Positions 1-9,878 of a DNA stretch of 64,000 nt are shown in pieces. A program made the position numbers and the translations under genes. Source of the stretch: Phyllobates terribilis (Eukaryota); contig NW_027362762.1 in the NCBI RefSeq assembly GCF_046119375.1, positions 642,506,001-642,570,000 on the forward strand. Direction: 5' to 3'. The stretch's first letter is position 1. Every line of letters starts with the position of its first letter. The notes under the pieces were generated by a model, which saw only the letters and a list, made by a program, of their open reading frames with translations, did not search any database and was not told the DNA's origin.

Positions 1-1306
1 GGGAGAGACCCGCCCAGAGCAGGACGCCGAGAGCCCCGGCGATGGGGAAGCGGCACCCGGAGGCTCCAGCACACCAGAGGGCTGAGGGACTCGCAGCAGG
101 GAGTGTCGGCCCAGGACCGCTTGACGGCGGGAAAGTGAGAGCCATGCCCCCCCCCCCGATCTCCCCGGGGTCCCCTGAGGTATATCCATCTTCGCACCAG
201 TGCTCCTGCACCAGCGCTCCTCCTGCACTCCCTGTCCTGTGTAGGGACAGGAAAAACACTGAGGAGGTTGGGGTTGGGAGGGCTTTTAACCTCTTGTGCT
301 TCCTGTCCCTACACAGGATATGGGATTACTCCTCCTATGGTGCCGTCATGGGGACGTACTGTAAAACTGCATTTTGTGTTTACTGTGTTATCTTTGTCTA
401 ATATTTAAATTTGTTTTGTGATCTGAAACATTTAAGTGTGACAAACATGGAAATGAATAAGAAATCAGCAAGGGGGCAAACACATTTTCACATCACTGTA
501 TATATCCATCCTTATATGTTTGGTATCGTTGCAATCACACTGACTTGCACAATCAGGTTTACATTGTTACCACAACATGAAGGCCGTAAAAAACAAAATT
601 CAAAAACAATCATCTGTGTATGAACCCCCTTCGCAACATACGACATAACTACAGCATCTACAGCGAGGAGAGCTTGCTCAGATCGCTGCAGCTTAACAAT
701 TTATAAGCTTCTGTCAATCACTGACAACGTGACAATGATTTGTCATGGCAGCCCGAGGCCTCGATGGCTGCCATTTTTGTCTTTATGTGAAGCCCAGCCA
801 AATAAGCATATGTGGTATTGCAGTTGCCGTAAAAGTCCAATCAAAATATAAAACTAATTGACCCGAATGGTGACTATACTTCAGCTTACCATGCAAATAA
901 ACAAGACCTCACACAGCTCCATCAAGGTAAAAATAAAAACTAACTTGCAAATCTCTGAAAATGATCGCGCTAACAATATTTAAACCATTTTCAGGTTTCA
1001 TATTTCCAGCTGATTTTTTTTCCCACACGAACACAGTAAAAGCAAAACACAATAAACAATGTCAGAACTGCATTGTTTTTTTTCACCATGTCACATTACT
1101 TTTAATTTTTTCCTGTTTTTCAATATATTATATGGTAAAATAAATGGTGTCATTCAAAAACTATAAATCCCGCAAAAAAGAAAAAAAAACACCACATACA
1201 ACCCTCCCGTGAGAACAGGAATAAAAATAAAAAGTTATGGATCTTGGAAGAAAGGAAATAAAAAAAACTGTCGAAATAAGAATTGGCCTGGGCAGGAATG
1301 GGTTAA
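1..1306. mobile_element. Right-hand part of a non-autonomous TTAA-terminated DNA transposon (piggyBac/Kolobok-like); left end outside the window
   Basis: Ends in ...GGCAGGAATGGGTTAA (TTAA at 1303-1306). Contains an internal 19-bp perfect inverted repeat (235-253 / 300-318). No coding motif. Superfamily inferred only from the CCC/TTAA-type end. Confidence 0.4.
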
Positions 1307-1667
1307 AAGTGTTCCCTTACATCTGTTGAAAGGGAATATTTTTAACCCACTCCTGTCCAAGCCAACTCCGGCAGACAGTTGACTAGGCCCTGACCTAGCT
1401 GTTGGCTGTGTAATACAGCCAGAACCACAATTAATGGTAAGGGCATAGCTACTGTGCCCACAACATTAGTGTGTTGTAGGAATGGAGGGGTTTACTATAA
1501 CACTACCACCGCAAAAGGAAAAATTAAGAAAATAAAAAAAAAAAATCTTCATAAGCAACAAAGAAAAAAAAGCAATAGTCTATATACTTATCCTATATAT
1601 GCACGGAAAGAAAAGAGTATGACCGAGGTACTGTGTTTTAGATGACAAAAAAAAACAAAAAAAACAG

Positions 1668-4531
1668 TTTGTTAATGAGGAGGTAAGTGCAAATCTGGAT
1701 ATTGGTAATGCGGCTGATGTGATTTATCTGAACTTTTCAAAGACATTTCATACTGTACCACATAACAGCCTTATATTGAAGCTACAGAAGCAAGGACTGG
1801 GGGAAACTATATGTAGATGGGTAAGGAAATGGCTAAATAACAGGAAAGAAAGAATCGTCATAAATGGGACGTTCTCTAAATGGGATATAGTCAGCAGTGG
1901 GGACCACTTGATCTGTACTAGGACCGATTGTTTTTAATCTTTTTATTAATGACCTTGTGGATGGGATTGTGAGTAAAGTGTCATTTTTTGCTGACGATAC
2001 CAAACTATGAAGGATATTAAAATCTGATCTTGACATTACGATATTACAAAATGATCTGGATAAGATGATTGAATGGGCAAACACTTGGCAAATGAGGTTT
2101 AATGTAGATAAATGTAGAGTAATGCACCTAGGACTGTGTAATCCTATTGCTGCATACACATTAAATGGGAATATACTTGGGACTACAGAACAGCAGAAGG
2201 ACTTGGGTATTCTGGCTACAAGTAAGCTGAGGAGCAGTACTTAATGTCAAGCAGCAGGCACAAAAGCAAACAAGATTTTAAGGTGTATAAAAAGAGAAAT
2301 AAAATCCCGTGATTCCAATGTATTGTTACCCCTTTATAAATCACTTGTGAGGCCACATCTGGAATATGGGATCCAGTTTTGGGCTCCACATTTTAAAAAG
2401 GATATTCAGAAATTAGAGTCAGTTCAAAGGCGACAACTAGATTATTACAAGGGATGGAAGGCCTCTCATATGATCAGAGGTTGGAAAAGTTGGGCTTGTT
2501 TAGCTTAGAAAAACGACGCTTCAGAGGGGATCTCATTTACATGTATAAAATGTGTGTGGTCAGTACAAAGGTCTAGCACATGACTTATTCCTTCCAAAGA
2601 CCATACTAAGGACCAGGGGGCACTCATTACAGGTGGAAGAAGGGCGATTCCGGCACTCAAACAGGAAAGGGTTCTTCTCAGTCAGATTGTGGAATGCCCT
2701 ACCACAAGAGGTAGTAATGGCAGATACTATAACAGCGTTCAAAAAGGGCTGGACGATTTCCTCAATACACAACATTGTGGGTTACAGTTAAATTAGACAA
2801 AATGTTGTTACACCTATAGTAGTACATTAGATCCAGGGTTCTAGGACAGATCGCCTTTTCTCGGGGGCAAGAAGGAATTTTTCCCCGTGATGCAAATTGG
2901 CTGAATGTATCCTGGGGTTTTTTGCCTTCTTCTGGATCAACAGATTTAGGTACAGGAATTTTAGTAATACAAAAAAATAAAACCGTATTTTTCGGACTGT
3001 AAGACGCACTTTTTTTCTCCAAAATGTTAGAGGAAAGTGGGGGGTGCGTCTTATAGTCCAAACATATATTCGGCTGTGGGTGGTGGAGGGCTGAGGGGAA
3101 ACGGCAGCGGGGGATGAGCGGGGCACAGGAGGCAGCAGCCACCTGCTGCAGCCTACACTGTGCCCGCTATTAAAGAAAATGAATATTCACTGCTCCCCAC
3201 GCTCATGGGCGTGGGGAGCAGTGAATATTCATTTTCCTTAATTGTCGGCACACTGTGCCTGTAGCTCGGCTCCTGGTAAGTATGGCAACCTTCTTCCCTC
3301 ATCCAGGTATGTATGGCCACCCTCATCCCTCTTCCTAGTATGTATTGCACCCTTCATCCCTGTATATATGGCCCCCCTCATCCTGGTATGCTTGGCACCT
3401 CTTGATCCCCGTCGGTCTGCACAGAAAAAAAAAAAATTATACTCACCTCCTCTCTCCTCCAGCGCTGTGTCCAGCTCTGTGCCGGAATAGTCACTGCTAC
3501 CCACGCCGGGACTGCGTGCATGGGGAGCAGTGACCATTCATTCTCCCTAATAGCGCGCACGCTGTAGCGCGGCTCCTGCTGCACTCGGCTATCAGTGTGC
3601 CCGCTATTAAAAGCCATGAATATTCACCACTCCCATGGGTGTGGTGAATATTGATGGAATTTAATAGCGGGCACGCTGACCGCAGAGTGGCAGCAGGAAC
3701 CGCGCTGCAGCTACAGCGTGCGCGCGCTATTAGGGAGAATGAATGGTCACTGCTCCCCACGCAGTACGGCGTGGGGAGCAGTGACTATTCCGGCACAGCA
3801 TCTCGTTGTGTGAGATAACTGCCATGCGCTGCTCACACAGTGAGAACCCTGAGGAGACAGAGCGGAACACAGCGATGGAGGAGAGGAGGTGAGCATATTT
3901 GTTTATTTTTTTTCTGTGCAGAGTGACGGGGGAACAGGGGATGCCAAGCATACCAGGATGAGGGGGGCCATACATACAGGGATGAGAGGTGCCATACATA
4001 TCAGGAAGAGGAATGAAGGTGCCAAACTTACCAGGATGGGTGTGAGGGGGGGTGGGGCATACATAACAGGATGAAGGATGCCATACATACCAGGAAGAGG
4101 GATGAGGGGGGCCATGCATGCCAGGATGGTGGATTGGGGTGCTATGCATACCAGGATGGGGATGAGGGCCATGTATAACAGGAAGGAGCGGGCCATGTAT
4201 AACAGGATGGGGGATATTAACAGAATTGGGGGACATTACCCCTATAACAGTGTCAGCAGGAGTCCCCATACCCTTTAAGCAAAAAATGTAGTTACGATGC
4301 CCTGTTAAGTTTTTTTTTCTATTTTCCTCCTCTAAAATCTAGGTGCGTCTTATAGTCCGAAAAATACGGTAATTAAAAATTATAAACTGGTTCATTTGTA
4401 ATTATAATAGTGCAGTAATGAAAATACATTTGTAAGGCCCAGTTCGAGTAAGTTAGTGTAGGGAGTACAATTGGGGGAGTAAGGTTGAACTTGATGGACC
4501 TAGGTCTTTATTCAACCTATGTTACTATGTT
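1668..4531 (+). mobile_element. 5'-truncated, decayed CR1-type LINE (RT C-terminal half, 3' UTR, ACTATGT-type tail), interrupted by a MITE at 2983-4369; in CNKSR1 intron 3, antisense
   Basis: ORF pieces VIYLNFSKTFHTVPH, FADDTKL*, LYKSLVRPHLEYGIQFWAPH, RTRGHSLQVEEGRF..LWNALPQEVV are CR1 RT and C-terminal motifs with stops and frameshifts. Tail CAACCTATGTTACTATGT ends at ~4530. Confidence 0.9.
2983..4369. mobile_element. Non-autonomous TIR element (MITE), probably Tc1/mariner (pogo-like) derived
   Basis: Left end CCGTATTTTTCGGACTGTAAGACGCAC and right end GTGCGTCTTATAGTCCGAAAAATACGG followed by TA. Internal inverted arms and a ~30-bp ATACCAGGATGAGGGGGGCC minisatellite in both orientations. Confidence 0.85.
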
Positions 4532-4939
4532 AAATAATATAGAGCTATGTTCAGATAAATGGAGTTTTGGTCTGTATGTGCAACCAATGGAAACTGAAAC
4601 CAATGTACTATTAAAGCACAAGGCAGTAATGAGTTAATAAACTCTCAGAATCCTGTAAGCACTTGATAATGCAGGACAGTCTTACTACATTGCATTTGCT
4701 CTGGTTGTCAAAATCTAGCAGTGCTATAAATTTCTAGAGGAGAGGCCAAGTAAATCTCGGAAAGAATGCAGCTGAATATTACAATCTGGCAGGTCATTTC
4801 AGTGACCTCTTGGATGCAAAACTTGCCGAGCTCGATCAAACAGTCTGGTAAATTAGCTGGTTGTTATAAAGAAAAATAGAATAAAATATTTTCAATTTGT
4901 AGACATAAAAGAAAAAAAAAAAAATTCAACAAAAAGTAA

Positions 4940-6364
4940 CAGACTTCTGACAAAGTTAGGAATATTTGGCTTTTGGGTGCAATTTATGAAAACGGTAAAA
5001 AGGTTACGCTACAGTGATATTTTATCATGTAATTAGATCATTTAAGTAGAGGCATGCAATGGTGATTTCATTTCCTCATCTCAAACTATTTATTGAAACA
5101 AAAGCTAAATACAGTGGTGGGTTATACCCCCCCAAAAAAATGTTAATGTCTCAATAACTTGTGACGTAGCCTTAAGCATCAATTACAGCTTGACAACAAT
5201 ATCTCGTGCTGTTAACAAGTGGTTATTGTCGGCTAAGGCATGACATCCTGCTCTTCTTGAAGGGTGGTCCTCAGGTCATTGAGGTTTTGGGATACAGCGT
5301 TATGACCTTCTGCACGGCGACGCAGCTGATCCCATAGGATTTCTTTGGTATTCAGGTCTGGAGAAAGTGCAGACCACTCCATTTGAGGCACCCTGGAGCA
5401 TTGTCAACCATGACGATGAAATTAGGCCTGTGTTCACGTTCAGTTCAATTACTGGATTAATGTTATAAGGAGTTCAGGCTTGTCAATGTACCATTCACAA
5501 AATGTAGGGCAGTTCTATATGGACTAGACACATCTGCCCACACTAACTCTACCACCACCAAAGGCTCGTCTGGTGACAACAGTGGCTGATGCATAGCGCT
5601 CTTCTTGAGGTCTCCAACATTGCTGGCGCCCATCAATTCTGCTCAGCGTGAAGCAACTTTTGTCAGTGAACGGCACTGCGACCCACTGATCCCTTATCTA
5701 GCATAGATGGTGCCTGTATCTGGTGGTGTGGTCAGGTACCCTTGCAGGTCCATCTAGCACACAGACCACGCTGATGTAAATGGTTTGAATGGCCTGACAT
5801 GACACTTGGGTACCTCATGCGCCTGGAGATGCGTGGCATTCATCATCCGGTTCCTAAGAGCATTGTTCACAATGAAGCGGTCATCAGTGTGGGATGTGAC
5901 CAAAGGGCGTCCACTTCTCTCTCTGTGACTCTTCCAGTCTCTCTATATCGCTGTTGCAACCTGCTGATGACTCTGACACTGTAAACTCAGTGGTCACTTC
6001 CATCTGAGAACATCCTGCTACAAGCCTTACAATGGCGAGGTGTTCATCAATTGTTAGGTGTCATCTTATGATGTCAAAATGTGAACAGCATGGTGGAGGA
6101 CTGTTTAAATGCCAATTCTAATTATACCCAAAGTTTATCAGGCAATTCATTGATCAAACAGATGTTGTGAATTTTGCCATTAAGCTCCTTGTTAGAGAAC
6201 AGCAAGTTGTGTAAAAAGTACTGAAACATTGAACAGCTGGAAATGTAAATTCACAAGTTTACAGACGGTCACAATAAGTTCACCTGAAAAGGTTAGACTG
6301 CATTTTAGGATCGTCCTGAAGTTTCACCCAAAAGCCAAACAACCCTAACTTTTTGTGAGTACTG
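4940..6364 (-). mobile_element. Decayed Tc1-like DNA transposon
   Basis: Imperfect TIRs (left ...CAAAGTTAGGAATATTTGGCTTTTGGGTG; right CACCCAAAAGCCAAACAACCCTAACTTTTTGTGAGTACTG). The interior is a stop- and frameshift-riddled transposase-like sequence on the minus strand. Confidence 0.75.
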
Positions 6365-7483
6365 CATTTCCCGTTACACTTCTAAAACAGTAACATACGG
6401 CAACACCTTTCAGTGTGATATCAAACGGGGTGTCAATCGAGCAAAAAATATGCAGATTTTGATATATGCCAGTTCAGCACTTTTGATTTTTTTTGGATTT
6501 GTTTTCCCGTTTTATGGCACTCCCCCATTCAATCAGAAGTAAATGAATCCTAAAAGGTGGGGCGAGGTCAACCATAGCCTACCAGATATAATAAAAGTTA
6601 TGCCAGAAATTGGTAAAACTATATCGGAAATAGTATAGATTTTAGTTTGTAGAGTAGACAGTTCGAGGTGACAGATCTATTAAAAATAGTGTTCAATTGT
6701 CAATAATATTGTGTGTCTTATTCCATTACCCCTTCTTAAATGCGATAGCACCTCAGATAATAAAAAACACTTTATACTCACCTCCCCCACCAATGCCATG
6801 TCTCCCAGTGCTTGAATGACATTTGTTATGTCACATGAAAGCTGCAGCCCATCAACGGACACCAATGGGCAGCAGCACGCAGACATGAGGAAAGCGAGTG
6901 CTACAGTCCCTTAGCGGCCGCTGACAGGCTGCAGCGGTCATGTGACAATGTCAAGTGAGCACTGGGAGACCATGCAGAGACATCACCGGGTGCTGATAGA
7001 GGTGTGGAGTACATGGTGTTTTATGTTAAACTGCAGAATACAGCAGGGGTTGTCTGAGTTGTGGATAACACCTTTAAGACTAATGTATGTAAAGGCAGCC
7101 TAATAAATCTTGCTCCCTTCCCCAGTACTAAAAGGTCAATTTCAGAAGAAACCAGCATCCCAGTATGAGAAAGTGAGCGTGCTCAGCAGGTTAGGATTTA
7201 ATGGGTATTTCTGCTGCAGAATATGTCAGGCATGTTATTAAGAATTTTATTTCTATAGTGCTAACATATTCCGCAGCGCTTTACAATTATTTTACAAAAT
7301 ATTACTGAATGTGCACGAACCAATCACTGTGTAACGTTATGATACATGGCAAGTAAATATTTCTATGCCACCATACGCTAAGCAGATTTTCCTTTCCATC
7401 ACTTTCTAATAGGTGTAGAGCAGATTCCCAGCAAAGCAGTGCTGCAGCCGTTCATTCCTAGGATTCCTTAGATCCCCAAATAC

Positions 7484-7686
7484 CTGTTAAGCCAGGAGAA
7501 GAGGCCTCGTGCCGCAGATACAATGTCTATGATGCAGGCCAGCTGCTTCTGGGTGGGAGACAGCGCCAGGGACTGGGAAGCTGAAGAGGCCTTCCTGAGG
7601 CTGAGGATGTGCGAGCAAAACGATTGGGAGACGCGATGCAGCTTATCAGTGAGGGTCCTCAGAGTTTCACTGTGTAATTCATAGTG
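7484..7686 (-). CDS. CNKSR1: CNKSR1 (connector enhancer of KSR 1) coding exon 3, CRIC domain
   Basis: Acceptor CTTCTTCTTTTTTAG and donor AG|GTATTT. 203 nt, phase 0 to phase 2. Translates HYELHSETLRTLTDKLHRVSQSFCSHILSLRKASSASQSLALSPTQKQLACIIDIVSAARGLFSWLN(R), matching the CNK-family CRIC pattern ..ENL.TL..KL...D...AA..L..WL.R. In frame with exon 2. Confidence 0.93.
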
Positions 7687-7837
7687 CTAAAAAAGAAGAA
7701 GAGGTCACGTCAGCAATAGCAGAACACAACATTAAAAAGGGAGGTTACAAAAAGAATCAAAAATCAGTTTACATAGGCAACAGCAATAAATAAAACATGC
7801 TGGTGTGTGTATATATATATATATATGCACCAAAGAA

Positions 7838-8195
7838 TTAAAAGGGCTTTCCACAGCCACGGTTTAAAAACAACAAAATAAAACTTAGAATTAAACACCC
7901 TCCCCAGGTCCAGTGCAGAGTATCCTCCACTGCTCTTGGGGTCTGTTACTGTCAACAGCACTGCAGACAATCAGAGCTCAGCGGCGCTGCCAGAGTTGAC
8001 AGTATGACACCCAAAGCTGCTGAACATACTGATTGGCTGCAGAGCTGTCGACGTGTTGTCAGTGCTGCAAACAATAACAGACACTAGGAGTAGCAGAGAT
8101 TCAGCGTCGGACCTGGGGACAAGGAGTAAAGATTTGTTTAAAAGAAAAACTGTGGCTTTGGAAATGGGATTTATGAAAGTGAAAACCCCCTTTAA
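7838..8195. mobile_element. TTAA-flanked MITE (T2/Kolobok-like) in CNKSR1 intron 2
   Basis: TTAAAAGGG... left end and ...CCCCCTTTAA right end, with an imperfect internal palindrome. Confidence 0.5.
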
Positions 8196-9032
8196 ATATC
8201 CTGAACGGTGTTTCAGTCCGTGTGTACAACCAATGTAAACTGACCAATGCAAGTCTATGCGAGCGCAATATGAAAGCACACAAAAGAAAATCCTGCACTA
8301 GTGGGGTCCATTTTATGGAAATCTTAATAGGAAATAAACAACTAACATCAGAACAATGATCACTATATTATCCCATTATTAGGGTGAATCTACGGCCGGC
8401 ACACCTGGGGATATGTCCCAGAGCAGTGCGTTTATCACAGTGTTCTCCAGGCTGATATCAGTATTTATTGACCGGAGTGAGATTTGCGCTGCTGAAGGGT
8501 TAATCTCAGATGTAGATATCAAGAACGGCTTGGTTTTTACTGACAGCAATCAGAGGTCTTCAAGATGACGTGGAATAAAGAACAACCAACATGGTTTCAT
8601 CAAAGGGACTTTACACTTTCGGGAATGTGGACCCCCAAATGCTCTCATATATGTAACGGAGCGTGCTGTCACCCTGCCCACGTGCTGCCGCAGCGGTGGA
8701 TAGTGATTGGCTACAGCGGTGATGTGGGCCGAGCTCAGCATCTACCGGCTGCATCCGCTGGACCCTGGGAAGGGTGAGCACCTGCTCAAAGTGGAAATCC
8801 CCTCTAAATATTTCCATAGGGCAAGGAAAAAAGAATTGCCTGTGAATTTCTGAAGCTCCTGTGCTGTGATCCTGTATAAGGGGTCCTCGACAACTTCAGG
8901 AACGGTGTTTTAGCTGGAGACTAATGAAATATCTAACGGCTGTACATACTAGGCACTATACCCCCTCCATAAAGAACAGCGCCCTCCCCCCACAACACGG
9001 GGTGCTCCACCATCTGGACACCAGGGCCCAGG

Positions 9033-9161
9033 TGAGCGGACCCCTGATCTGCTGAGCGGACCCCTGATCTGCTGAGCGGACCCCTGATCTGCTGAGCGGA
9101 CCCCTGATCTGCTGAGCGGACCCCCGATCTGCTGAGCGGACCCCCGATCTGCTGAGCGGAC
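9033..9161. repeat. 20-bp minisatellite (TGAGCGGACCCCTGATCTGC) x ~6.4 in CNKSR1 intron 2
   Basis: Directly visible tandem copies ending ~35 bp from the exon 2 donor. The last two copies carry CCCCCG instead of CCCCTG. Confidence 0.95.
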
Positions 9162-9197
9162 ATGCCCTTGGACCCTTCAGCATTATTACATCCTTAC

Positions 9198-9355
9198 CAA
9201 GGCGCACAGCTGCTCCACAGCTTCCAGAAAGACCTCCTGGTGTCCAATGCTCCGGACTCCGAGGGCATCCAGGTGCTGAGGGGACAGGTCCAGCAGCTTC
9301 TGCCCAGAGATACTCCAGCCCTGGAAGGGGTAATGCTGGACTGCGGGGTCCAGAC
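9198..9355 (-). CDS. CNKSR1: CNKSR1 coding exon 2, SAM domain
   Basis: Acceptor TATTCTCCGCAG and donor TTG|GTAAGG. 158 nt, phase 1 to phase 0. Translates (G)LDPAVQHYPFQGWSISGQKLLDLSPQHLDALGVRSIGHQEVFLEAVEQLCAL. The YPF..W spacing and exon length fit CNKSR1 better than CNKSR2/3 (recalled, not searched). Confidence 0.95.
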
Positions 9356-9489
9356 CTGCGGAGAATACACATAGTGCAGTGATCAGTCACCTCCCGCCCA
9401 CCAGGGCTTTACCAGCGCTCCAATACAAGCTAGGACGAGGTGCACAGCTCATACAGCCCGGTGTGCAGAGTGCCGCCTCCTGTACTCAC

Positions 9490-9541
9490 CCTCTAAGTAG
9501 CCACTGACGGTGTCCGGAGACCATGAAGAAATGAGTTCCAT
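9490..9541 (-). CDS. CNKSR1: CNKSR1 coding part of exon 1 (start of SAM domain)
   Basis: ATG at 9541 in strong Kozak context (AGT ATG G). Translates MELISSWSPDTVSGYLE(G). Donor G|GTGAGT. 52 nt, phase 1, joining exon 2 in frame. Confidence 0.92.
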
Positions 9542-9720
9542 ACTAACTCCCGCACTTCCTGGCGGACCACCCTGCTGACGTCACGCAGGTGAGGTGAGAG
9601 GCGGCGCCTGTGACCACGCCCCTCCGCACTGACTGGAGCCGGGACTATTCTCTGTACGTGGGGCTAGTACGGTCCTGCTGCATTCCTGCGCCGCGGCAGC
9701 ACGCACGGAGACTGGCAATG
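9542..9720 (-). promoter_or_regulatory. CNKSR1 5' UTR / CpG-rich TATA-less proximal promoter
   Basis: GC/CpG-rich block just upstream of the ATG, with a full CRE palindrome TGACGTCA (9576-9583), an ETS-type ACTTCCT (9554-9560) and a KLF/Sp-type CCACGCCC (~9614-9621). The TSS position is not determinable from sequence. Confidence 0.6.
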
Positions 9721-9878
9721 TCCTGGCTCTGGGGTTCCATTCATTCCCTCTATGTGCTGGGAAGATTGGAATAATAAACTTCTTTTTTATGTACAATGTC
9801 TCATTTTACTTTTGGTTTCCATCCCCCAACCTCACCATTAAAGTAATGCAGAATAAAATCACATAGAACATTAGTAAA

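Noticed and set aside
42-401. 119-aa ORF MGKRHPEAP... with a possible donor at 135
   Set aside because: No recognisable domain. It lies in a GC-rich transposon interior, antisense to the CNKSR1 intron.
870-960. Minus-strand AG...ATG|GTAAG mini-exon (ICKLVFIFTLMELCEVLF)
   Set aside because: Falls inside the TTAA element and has no similarity to CNKSR1.
4686-4850. Possible CNKSR1 exon 4/5 (minus KFIALLDFDNQSKCNV between AG and GTAAG) or plus-strand exon RGQVNLGKNAAEYY...
   Set aside because: Splice signals are plausible, but neither peptide, length nor phase matches the expected phase-2 YLF..LND.S exon.
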